A DNA stretch of 51,798 nucleotides, counting the filler, from Basidiobolus ranarum (Eukaryota): assembly GCA_040143965.1 (NCBI GenBank). It is 2 parts of 2 records of this genome, joined end to end, with 100 filler letters (N's around TTAATTAATTAA, not from the genome) between each part and the next. Parts side by side here need not be neighbours in the genome. Positions count along the whole stretch, not along the records: positions 1 to 25,903 come from JASJQH010007013.1; 1 more part is not named here. One strand, given 5' to 3'. Shown here one piece after another: positions 1 through 14,415 of the stretch. A program made the position numbers and the translations under genes. The notes under the pieces are model-generated. The model saw only the letters and a list, made by a program, of their open reading frames with translations. It had not been told where the DNA came from and ran no database searches. Numbering within the stretch: position 1 is the stretch's first letter; each line of letters opens with the position of its first letter.

Positions 1-144
1 TGTTCTTGTTATACATATAAGTGTGTTAGCCCAGGCCAATCCCGCGAGTTCAAAGTCTGCTCCAATGGTTACGAATATATCCAACTCTGCGCTTTAGGCA
101 CTGTTTGCCATGGTGGTGTGGACCAAATGTATTGTGGCTATTAA
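1..144 (+). CDS. 3' end of a gene encoding a Cys-rich CBM19-like (chitin-binding type) module; 5' part lies outside the window
   Basis: Frame 1 reads CSCYTYKCVSPGQSREFKVCSNGYEYIQLCALGTVCHGGVDQMYCGY then TAA at 142-144. The C..F..C..G....C..GTVC spacing resembles fungal CBM19 modules. Confidence 0.7.
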   Translation, partial: CSCYTYKCVSPGQSREFKVCSNGYEYIQLCALGTVCHGGVDQMYCGY

Positions 145-399
145 GGATCCGTATTATGTTGGAATTTAAAGTTTGAATATGCAGTAAAGCAAGTAATATT
201 TGGTGGTACAGCATTTGATTATGGTCTGACCAACATTAATTAATCGTTGAGGATTTTCCTCGGGAGTCACTAGTAAATAAACATGATTTTGATTAGTGCA
301 TTGTGCAATAGGACCATTACTCTGTCAAACTATGAGCTGGTGACCACGTTTCAAGCGTTTGAGCCGACCGATATCATATTGGTTGGGTCTATACTTTTA

Positions 400-815
400 T
401 CATACACTCCAGCGAATATTCTCACTAGTGAAAGTTATGTTCATGTATGAAGAGCTGTCTACAATATCTTCCCAACACTCTTGGTGAATCCACTCCATAT
501 ACATCCCTCTCTCGTGCTATGAGGTAATTTGTGGAGTACGAATCAAATCAATTCATTTGAAAGGATTCACATCAATTACCATATTCTATATGTGATAGAT
601 TAACCATATTGTTTGTGCTACAATAGATGTTTTTAATATTGGTCAGGCACGCCATCGTTAATCATGTCTACCTCCTTCCAATTGATAGATGCTCTTTGCC
701 TCCAACTCCACTCGAACAAACTCAAAGAATAGTTCGTGTAAGTCTGTGCCTGTCTAATAAGCCCTCGATAATAACAAATCATTACAGGTGAGTTTGCGAT
801 ATCGGGTGATAGCAC
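400..815 (-). pseudogene. Possible decayed glycoside hydrolase family 76 fragment
   Basis: ORF 633-815 reads IANSPVMI...YTNYSLSLFEW...MINDGV, resembling GH76 N.P..I...Y...A..IYDW...V.DG. Downstream minus-strand frames give SITY and SPRVLGRYC. Stops and frameshifts are present. Similarity judged by eye only. Confidence 0.3.
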
Positions 816-1271
816 TTGGATTATTGACTTACGCTCTACAGGTTATTTAGCAATGCATCAACTGAATTTGAGTGCTCTTAAATAATACTAGCAAACTTTT
901 GGAAACAATTGGTTACATAATTTTGAATAAGCAAATTCGCATCAATGAATGACCACTGTTTTGAAAATCTTCCCATCGTATGAATATCAGCTACACCATA
1001 TTAAGTAGGAGAATATGAACAGTTTGGATGAGATTAACCATTTAAAGTCACTAGATTTTTGAAACATGGTGATTATCTAATGTTATAGGTAAGATCCTCA
1101 TTATCGAATATTTATTGGCTAGTTATTCATACACTGAACAAGTTAAATATCACTGTTTATTGTAATTTTCTATTTTCAATTGTGACCATAGCTTGTTCCA
1201 TTAAATCCGCCCAGATTTGGTTAGTGACAGAGGTAAATTAAGTCGTGATATCGTCTCATGTGTAAGTCTCT

Positions 1272-4200
1272 TCATGCAGCATCTTCTAACGTGATGGCTT
1301 TTTGTTCTACTTCCATTTCCGAGATAAGCGGCTCAATAATATCATCCACTGAGGCTCTAACTCTGATTTCCTTTTCTAAAAGTAAATTTCCTATCTGTTG
1401 AAGCTCCAGGGGGTCAAATGCTTGCTTTAAAACCCCAAAAGCTAATAGATAAAGGTCTGTAGAATACAACCAGTGCGGTCAAGTTAGCGATCAGAAAATG
1501 TTCTCATATGACTTAAATGTTCTTGTTACCTTTTGCCCAGGGACATTCTCGGATAGCTCGATAAAATAGTCCTTTCCCCTTTGCTAAATCCCCTTGCTTG
1601 GCCTCCAGCTGAATGTAAAGTGTCCATAATGACACGGAATTACGTGCGCTGCATGGGATAAGGTTACTGGATTAGCAGTGCATAATTGAATAGCCGACTG
1701 TGTATACTTACCTTGTTGAGTCTAAAGCTTGTTCTAACAATGATCTAACCATATGAATATTGTACGGTTGATGGTGGTGTAACTCAGAGTATAAGTAAAA
1801 AGTCCATAATATATGACTCGGTTCTCTGCAATAATAGCGTTAGTATATGCGAGGAGAGAATTTTGTACAAAATCACTCACTTGAGTAATGCACTATCAAG
1901 GAATCTTCGAAGTCTATTCTCTATCTTCGTACGAGACTCGTTGTAGAGGTACATAGAGAGGAACGAAGTATTATGTGGAAACAACTCCAGTGCCGATTCC
2001 AAAACTTCTCTTAAAACTTTTGGTTGATATGCTCGATTAAGTTGAATATTACGGAAGACAAGTTCGATGAAAGAGGTATACAAATGTTCACAAATGGTAC
2101 TTTTCTCGTGACCGTCGCTTTGAATTAAGTTGATATAGCTTGTGAAAACTCCGTAAGCTACATCAAAATTCTGGCTAAGATATTCGAACAGCATATAGCA
2201 GATTTTGATATCCAAAGCGTAGTTATTCATAAATTCCTTTTCATCGAAGCTCTCTATTTCTTTCAATTTCTGTTGATACCACTAAAAATTCAAGCTTGTT
2301 AAAACAACATAGAATATGATAACATGCAACAGAGATGAAAATACTTTTCTTGCTTTTAGAATCGTTGTGGCAGTAAGTGTATCATTCATCTCAGTTGCTA
2401 GAAAATTAATGTTAATATATATAATAATAGTGAAGAGAGACAACGTGATTTCATATACCGTTACTTGTGTAGTGTACGAGTGCAACTTGGGGAGAGAGAA
2501 TGCAATGTTAGATTAGGGCAAATTTCACTCAAAGATATGAATTGTGTACCTAATGCATCTTTAGTATTCTCATGGTCTAGATTCATCTCGGCAAAGTTTC
2601 GATACAGTAACGGCGCTTCTTTCTGGTATTCCAGGGGGAATGTGCGGAACATTGAAAAGGCTGTAGAATATATCTTTTGAGCCTAGAAACGAATAGTCAG
2701 CTCATATTGTTATCTATTGAAGGGTGTGGCATGTAAGTGTCTTACGTCTCCAAAGCCCCGATGCTTGTATTCCATTTTTGCGTACCCGTTCCAAAGAAGT
2801 AAATTCATTCGATCAGCTTTGAGCATATTCTTGGCGATTTTCCGCGCACTGAAATGAGTGAAAGTTGTGAATTTGGTGTTCAAAGATATTCAAATAGATG
2901 AGTCAACAGAGATCAAAAATACTTTCCTAGACATATCCAACTGGCACTCGAATAGTAAATGAATTAAGGCCACGCAACTATCTTCTAGTTTAGGCTGTAT
3001 CTGCATCAGCATATTCCTTGGAGAAAATATCAATCATTGGAACAACCGTTTTGCTTTCCGCATAACCAATGGGGTGACTTTCACGATTAACTTACCTACA
3101 AAAATCCCTATTTATGTGCGCAAGGTCTTCTGCACTTATTACTCCAAACCACTTTTGAGCAGGGAATACGGAGTTCGCTATTTGGGGAAAGTTTTTGATG
3201 GGATACTTGAATGGATCGGTGAAAGTAGATCGCTCCGACTCCATATATACGCCGCCAATATTAACAATCGAAGTTGGAGCCACAGATGAGGTATTGTAAG
3301 GAATAAACGAATCGAGAATGGGCTGATGATTAAGTTCTGCGTGAAGGAATGTATCCAAATTGAAAGGGTGGTTTGATTGTAGATTGCGGTTGACCGGCAA
3401 TCCCATAATCTGTAAGAATGAATAAAAAAGCGACATTCGTGGTTCTTTCTGCCTCAAGGGTATTAATAGAGACCGAATATCATCAAACAAAACGACGCGC
3501 AATGGATCCTCGTCGGAATCATCTAAAATCAAGGTAATCAGAGCCATTGAAAGATTAAACATTGGTCAATACTGAAGACTACCTGTTTGCATAGAACGTA
3601 GCGGCAGACTACCATCTATGTTCTCAGTTGACTCGGTGCGATACCAAGACTCAATGTTATGAATCTCGCTAGCAGAGTTTACATTCAACGGCCAAGGATC
3701 TAAATTTATCAACCAAGGGGATTAATTATTGGAGAGAGTAATAGAGTTGCTTAATCGTATTAGTTACCGATTGCTTCAGCAGTCTGACTATTAAAATTAA
3801 CCCAGCCAGTCGCTCCCTAAAGGTAGAAAACCCCATTAATCAATAATTGTGACTTCATAATTTAGACTAGCAACAGACTCCACTGACATTCTCTCCAAAA
3901 CGAGGCACTTCACTTTCCCAAAATTCCTCGAATACATCCAATTGCTCCTCAAATGAATACTGGTAGTACTGCTCTGGACAAAAGAAGTGCAACTCGATCA
4001 TTGCTTGGTAGCAAGCATGGGCTCTTTCAACGTAACCTATGTGGGTCTGGGTAAGTTGTGGAAACATCTTGCGAGCTGTGTGTTGGAGAGACTTACCTGA
4101 TTGTTTCAGAAAATTACAAACGCGTATAAATATATGTAACAGAACTTGCTCGATCGCCTGGAAATCTAATCAAACCAAAGCAACCGTTGATAAAGGGAAA

Positions 4201-6137
4201 GCTAGTAAATGAGTTTGATCAATAAATACCAGCATTGACATCCTGTGAGCGCCTAGTTAACGTTTTAATACACATTTCGTAAACTTCTAAACATTGTGAA
4301 AACGTAAACGAAGCGAAGTTGGATTGTCGAAAGTTCAAATACGAAATCCACAGAGATAAAATATGGCCATTCTCATTCAATACTTGATCCCATTTGTTAA
4401 GTAGTCTAGCGGAGCTAAATCATTGGTAATGCGTTTAGTTGTTGTGGAAGGAAACAGTGTAGAAACAATAGTACTTACTCCATGATTTCCTCACAGCATT
4501 TCAGATACCCCAATAAGAGTCGCTCATCGTTAGGATTCTCAGCCAGAGCTTTGTCAAAAATTGAGAGTTTAATCTCGCCAATAGTAGATTTGCCTGTCCC
4601 TTTTTTGCTGAACTTGATTGCTTCACTTTGAAAAGCAATGAACTTCAGCCAAACATCGACATTGTTTGGATTCTGTAGGGAATAAGTGAGTGTCAAAGTT
4701 TTTTACAAAGCACGAATGTAATGAATACCTCTTGGATGGCCTGATCAAATTCCCGGGATCTTCGCATTATGTATTGATCAAAGTTCTCTCCTTCATCATC
4801 GGATATTTCTGGATCAATCTCTTCCTCAGAATCCTTAGCCGGCCCTTCGATGGTACGGTAATCCACCGATTTATCGTCATTTGCTGCCTTTGAATCATCT
4901 AACGGAACAAAGTCCTCATTAGATTTAGAATCTCGATTTTTCTGCTTCGCAACTCGAATTCTAGGATGTTGGGGGAGAGATTTCAGCACGCTATCAATTG
5001 ATGAGAAGTAATTTTAACAAACTTACCGCTTTACATGTTGCTTTAGACGTGTGTCCGAATAACGTAGAGTCTAATAAATAATGGTGTAGTAGTAGGTAAC
5101 AGAATCTGTATGAATTGCCTTAAAAATGATGGAATTACCTCCTTCGCTTTCCCGTACCCCTTCACATTTAAAACTATCTCTTTCCCAAGTTTACTTTTTT
5201 CAGTATCAATCCGTAGAGCAGAGGTTAAACCAACAACACGGCCAACTAGATTTTGAATTGAAGTAAAGGATGAACGAGTGTTGACTGGTGGAGTTTTTTC
5301 AAGGGTATTATCTTACAGTTACTTCTACGGAACTTCGGAATGTCGTATTTATGTAAACCTCCATAGAATACGTTTTGAGCGTCACCTTTTGAATCAATAT
5401 AGAACACTTTTTCCATTCCATGATTACTAGATAATAGACTTTTGAGAGGCATCTAGTCAATTCTCTGTTCTGCTCGGTTATCCTCTTCGAAATTTAAAAA
5501 TAGGTGTACCTTATTCTCTACATAAATGAATTTCTATAGGTTAATACTAATCAGTTATGAGAGTAAATGGAGTTTAGAAACAAGTAAATTTTATCTTCCT
5601 ACCTCTTGATATTTATCTTTAGGTTTATCCTCAGTCCTCTTTTTTTTCTTGTCCTTTGAATGCCGACTATCTCGTGAATGATGTCGCTTTTGTTTTCCTT
5701 CTTTAGTTTCTCGCCGTTCAGATCTTTTGTATTTTCTGTTAGCGTGATCGGAAGTTCTTTCTGTTGACGAGATTTCGTTCTCATCACCTTAAAATAATAA
5801 GATTCAGTTTCAGGATCTAGTTACAGTAGGATCACACAATAAAATATAACAATAGTCTAGTTTCAATAACAAGACAAAGATGTACTATGTTGAGTAAACT
5901 TGAAATTGACAAGATTCTATTACTTCGGTCTAAATTAAATGGGAGAATGTTACCTAATGGAGAACTGATTATGGGTGCACTTCCAAAGCTTGGTACGCTT
6001 AAAGTACTCAGATCTGGAGCACTTGAAAAAGTGGGGATCCGCGCAGAGTTCAATATATTAGTTTCGTCTGGATCATTTTTTGCGTAAGCAGCGAAAAGTG
6101 TACTACGCGTATCTCGCTTCTCAGAATCTTTCTCCAT
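1272..6137 (-). CDS. NRDE2: NRDE-2 family protein (nuclear RNAi / splicing / exosome regulator), many GT-AG introns
   Basis: Spliced exons give FYIDSKGDAQNVFYGGLHKYDIPKFRR, NPNNVDVWLKFIAFQ, GYVERAHACYQAMIELHFFCP, FEEFWESEVPRFGE, DEDPLRVVLFDDIR, LFYRAIRECPWAK and LLEKEIRVR, all characteristic of NRDE2. ATG at 6137, TGA at 1272-1274. Confidence 0.92.
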
Positions 6138-6461
6138 GACCGGTTAATATTTATTTTCAACCAAATAAACCCCAAGAAAATGTAGAAAGGTTGGCACTGA
6201 ACTTCGGTAATACGGTAATGATAAAGTGACGTTGAAAACCTTTGGAATAATATTCAGATGATTTGGCATGAAATTATCTCTTAGATATTACAAATAAAAT
6301 ATTCTTGATACTATCGTGACGGTTATTCTGGTATTCCATGTTGAGTAAATCACCTTTGATTTAATCACATTGATACAAATATTTTCACCAAATCAATAAA
6401 TCTATATAGCTCAATATATGCATCAACTTCACCTCTTCCTCAAGCGTCTTGGAATAAATGC
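6138..6461. promoter_or_regulatory. Compact divergent intergenic region, likely a bidirectional promoter for NRDE2 and CENATAC
   Basis: Only 324 bp separate the two divergent start codons. The region is AT-rich with repeated CGGT(A/T)A words (about 6141, 6204, 6213, 6320). Confidence 0.6.
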
Positions 6462-8229
6462 ATGGGTGCTTACGGATATTGTGAAGTCTGTAAACGGAAC
6501 CATAACGATGGTAAACGTCATTTATATTCCAAAGCCCATCAAGAGAAATTGGACACCTTAATAGGTAAACAAATTGAGGTACAAGAACAGTAACAATTCT
6601 TTGTTGATCTATCTTGGTACACCATACTCCAGCTCCATATATTGATCATTTTTATAAATGTGTAGAAATACAAAAAGTTCAAGATATTCCTTAAAGAGGC
6701 CACCCCTATAATAGACGAAACGAAGCAACCTGAACTATGGTGTATATTTTGCGAACGAGAGATTTTCCCCTCCAATCTAGAAGAGGAATCCGAAGAATTT
6801 CACTTGGTTTGGTCAGTGGCTAATTTCACCTTTCCTTCTTCTAGATAAGCTAACTTATCGTGTGAAAGATAGCTCTCATATATTCGAACATATGGCCGAT
6901 CGAGAACATCAAGAATGCTTGAACAAATATTTCAATAAGTTCAAAGTAAAGCATCAGTACAAAGAGGAATTTAAACTTTCTTTGGACAAACTCAAAAATG
7001 TACATATCCAGCACCTTTATTGCCAATTATATATTCTCTAAAAATATAACATCGACGTTTATTTTTAAAGTTTTATCAAAGAGGAGAGAAGAAAATCCAG
7101 GAATTAAAAGTAAAACTGGATTTGGAAAAGAAACGAAGAGAAATCGCCGAAAAAACACACGAGATACAAGCTAGAATGGCACAAATACCAATTGCACCTC
7201 AATGTAGATATAATATTAGTACCACCTCATCTTACTCGTTTAGTGGTTAATGACTTCCTCCAATTCTAGTTGAACAACCTATAGTACATGAAACTGTAGC
7301 AAGTCCGCTAGGTGTTCTTCAAAATCCTACAGGCTGGCACCATAACCATCGAGTCTGGGGTGGTGGGATAGTGAAATATAAACAGGTAACTCTCAGCTAT
7401 ATTAGTTCGTTATATCTGTGCTCTTGGTTGCTAACCTCCCAAAAATACAGGCCCACCAATGGATCCCGTGGCCGATTGACCTCGATGACGAGGGTAGAGA
7501 TACCACGGTGGCATATATGGGTAATTGGGCTTTACATTCGAAGGGGAAAGTCAACAGCGATGCCGATGAGAATGATGGTACCAAATTTGATGATGAATAT
7601 GTATACAAATTGAGTGGATACGATTCTTCGGAGGAGCCAGAGGATGATGATGTTAAAGATAATCCCAGATTAGCTCCTCGGGTACAAGCACCACGTATGT
7701 CAATCCACTATGCAAATGACAAGAATTTCAGATTTTAATGCTTAATTCATATTACTCTATAGTTCTGACAGCTATTCAAGTTCCACCTTTGAAAACCGGC
7801 GAAAGCAATGTATACACAGAAGGGAGTGGTAAGAGATATTTATTCTATGCTTCTTCTAGAATAACCCACTAAAGCATCTTATTTCGGGTTCAGTTCCGCC
7901 TTGGCTACGTGCTGATGACGAGCCTGAAGGGTCTAGTAAGTCTACCATCGGTCCTTCGATGGATATATTTTTGAAAGCTAAAGAGCTTGAACGAAAAGCC
8001 AAACTTAATCCTGAACGAATCGGAGCAGGATTCGATAGAAGTATGTATCGATCAAGGATATTTTTGATATACTATTATCACTTCTGTTTGCAACCTGTCC
8101 GACTAACTGAGTCTTATCACAGCGAAAAAAACCGGGAAATACTGGGTACCTAACTTTGGCAGGGTGTGGAATTCGGGCACTAGAAATGACACGAGAAAGG
8201 AATTTTTGCGTGAGACTCGTAAAAAGTAA
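6462..8229 (+). CDS. CENATAC: CCDC84/CENATAC (plant TITAN-like) zinc-finger protein, minor-spliceosome associated; 9 exons
   Basis: Manual splicing through 8 GT-AG introns gives MGAYGYCEVCKRNHNDGKRHLYSKAHQ (zinc finger 1), WCIFC...HIFEHMADREH (zinc finger 2), NVYTEGSVPPWL, IGPSMDIFLKAKELERKAKLNPERIGAGFD and WVPNFGRVWNSGTRNDTRKEF, then TAA at 8227-8229. These match the conserved CCDC84 C-terminal motifs. Confidence 0.9.
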
Positions 8230-9015
8230 CCTATTTTAGAAATGATTGTAACAACTTGGTTGAAAATGGTTAATTATGTACACTATACAAACACATCAAC
8301 ATGGCAATGGCAAGACCCGGCTTAAATCTATCAACCATAACACATTATATACCCTGGATAAATTTTCACCTACAGTTTAGAAGCTTTTGTTTAGTTCTAT
8401 TAGAGAAATACAAGTCGTTCTTTGGCTTGGGGAACAACCAAGGCCCAAACCATACGTACACGTTAGGATGGATGGACTATCCTCATTTTGCCCCAAACGA
8501 TCCATAGAATATTGTCTGTTATTCGAAGAGATCCAATTTCTTCCCCAAAACAAATGATTAAACCAACTACTTTCTCTGATATGTTTAAAAGACACTGTTT
8601 CATATACCATCCATCATTCTTTGGTGGCTTAGAAAAGCTTTCGACTGGACTGACTCTAGGAATAATAGTATCTCTGAAGTACATACGTTGATATGAGGGA
8701 TTATATGACATGATATACAGAGTATATGGCCACCCATCATTGGTCAATAGCAAGGAAGACTTAACACTTGTTAATTTGTATAGCTTTTCGAGAGATCGCC
8801 AGTACAACACCATATTGTCCGATATTTGTTTTCACCATATCAAAGCAGGGAAAAGAGCGTCACAGGCAGGGCTGAGCCCAAGTGTCTATGTGAATACTCT
8901 CTGATACTCAGGTTCATATGAGTAACCTTCCAGAATTTCAAGTATATATGTAAAATATGGGCCCATATGCATTTGTTTTGAAGAATTTATTAAGAGTTCT
9001 CACTACTTGAATAAT

Positions 9016-12127
<3,112 letters not shown>

Positions 12128-13194
12128 TCTATTTCTATGAAAAATCGGTTGTTTGAACAAAGTCGAACTTATTTCACCGAGAATATCTGAAGGTCACTCT
12201 TTATGTATAATATATATGATTATAAAAGGTTGGATAATTTCTTTTTTTCTTTTTTAAAAATATTTTGGTCGAATAATGCACAATCTGGGATTTTTCAAGA
12301 AATCAATTCGAACTGCTATCTAGATCTCATCTTCGACTCTGCTAGGGCAAGGCATATTTAGAAAACACGTTCCTGTGAATCCGAGAAACTATTAACTGGT
12401 AAATTCCACTGAAGCCATGGTTCTACACCTACCCTTTAACAGACACTACCAACCCTCATCGCATTGCTCCTTTGAATTGAACGCTCAACACAGAGAATCT
12501 CCCACTTGTCGTCCCAACTCTAGTTGCAAACATATAAACCACCTCGAATTCTGGAATGAAGTACTTTCTTGAATGTATATAAAAAAAGTTGAAAGAAATA
12601 AAGACGAATCATTTTCAGAACAAAGTGATCAAAATGTAAGAATAAATTCGAAGACACGCTCGAGAAGAAACCATTGCAAAATGGATGTATATATAGTAAT
12701 AGTTGGGAAAGTCACACTCAAACAGCAAAGCGGTGGTAAACACCAGTGTGGTTGATAATGGATAAATGAAATCTAATCAGGGAGAGATTTGCAAATGCAT
12801 TATTGAGTATTCGAGAATATTTCAAATGCAAAATTGGGGAACGAGGTGAGCTTTGGAGCTCAATAAGGGCTGCCTACAATTGACAGTCAATGTGGTCCAA
12901 ATCAAAAAGCAAAAATTGAATAGCAATCTTCGAGAGAGTACTCAGGCATTAGGATCAGGAAATAAGGGCCTGACCTTGAAAATATAAATCCATTGTGAGA
13001 CTAAGGTTTAGAAGGAAAACTAGAAATGCAGAGGTATCATCAATAAAAGTGGGGCTAGACCTAAATTATAAGCCAGCATGAGCTCGTCAAACTTCTTGTG
13101 AATCGCTTAAAGTGGCTTTGAGAGAGATGCAAGTGTGAAAAGAAATTGTTCACTGTTCTACTTGTGGCCAGACGACTGTCTATAGGTGACATAT

Positions 13195-14415
13195 TCAAGC
13201 TTGCAATGAGCTACCTCCACTATTGTCGCCGAGTCCTTTGCCTCCTTCCTTGCCTCCTTGGAGCTTTGAGAGCATAGCCTCAAGTTCTTGATTTCGATTA
13301 TCTTGTTGCTGAATCAACTGCTGCAAATGGCGAATGTAGTCCACGGATTTTTTGAGAATAATCCCCTTGTTCGGCTTATTGACATTATCACTGTAACAAT
13401 CTGGGACCAGAGTTGAAAGCTCTTGAATTTTGTCGTTTATGTTATCTCGACGACGGCGTTCAACTAATTAAAATATCATTTAATAACTGGTAATTCAAAA
13501 ATATTTCACAATGTAAGCAACTTACCAGCATTATGACTTTCTCGTCTACGTCTGCGCTTTTCATAAAGCAACTGAATCCTAAAAGTAAAAGGGTACATCA
13601 GCAATTTGTTCATTAGTAGGTGCTGATGTTGATAAAAGAAAGAAAGTTACATACTGCTTGGCGGCACTCTCAGGCTCTTCATTTTCCAATAATGTCGCCA
13701 TCATAGATACATTTCCGTTTTGTCCCTGAAGAGAGGTAGGAGGAGATCCGGTAAGGGAATCTTGATCCATATTCTTGTGGAACCAATCCCCCGTGTGTGT
13801 GGGAACAGACATACTATGGAAACCACCATGCATATCAGCAGGGCTAGAACCAAGTTGACTACTAAGAGAACCAACATGGTTTCCAAAACGAACGTGATTT
13901 ACTCCAACATGATTCTTCATATCCATAGAAGAGAAAGCGGGCATAGACCCGTGAGGAAGACCAGTGGAGAATTCATTCCCATCGTACAGAAAGTCATCGG
14001 GGCCAGGAGAGTACACTGAACCGTTTCCAGGTGAGGTGGCAAACGAAGAAGGGTTAAACGATCCGTGTAAATCATCACCGGTATCGAAAGTGGAAGGGGT
14101 GTGTTGACGAGCTATAGTTATAGGAGAAACCATAGGAGCTACAGAAGAATTATGCATTTGGACATCTTCGGAAGTGTAAAAGTCAGGAGAACTTTCCTTT
14201 TTAATGTTCATGGTTCCAGCGAATTGTTGTTGCATCTGGAGAAAACTAGGATCCATAGGAGAACCGAAATTACCGTCGGACTGCATTTTCATTTGAGACT
14301 GCTGAATGTGGTAAGAGGTAGGATGTGACAGTTTAAGAGAATGTGATTGTTGCTGTTGTTGCTGCTGTTGATTAAAACCGGTGAAATTAAATGTTTGGTT
14401 TGAATATGAGCTCAT
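13195..14415 (-). CDS. bHLH-ZIP transcription factor of the RTG3 / MiT-TFE-like class; 3 exons
   Basis: The N-terminus is Q/S-rich and low complexity. After two introns (13654-13579 and about 13525-13464) it reads [35 protein letters not shown]...[19 protein letters not shown], followed by a zipper-like stretch. TGA at 13195-13197. Confidence 0.9.

Noticed and set aside
8301..8904. Several overlapping short ORFs between CENATAC and TRM4
   Set aside because: No recognisable motifs or coherent splice model. Probably 3' UTR or intergenic sequence between convergent genes.
13180..13197. Possible stop-codon readthrough or selenocysteine at TGA stops
   Set aside because: No TGA-CTA context, no PTS1-like extension, and no in-frame TGA within any conserved domain.
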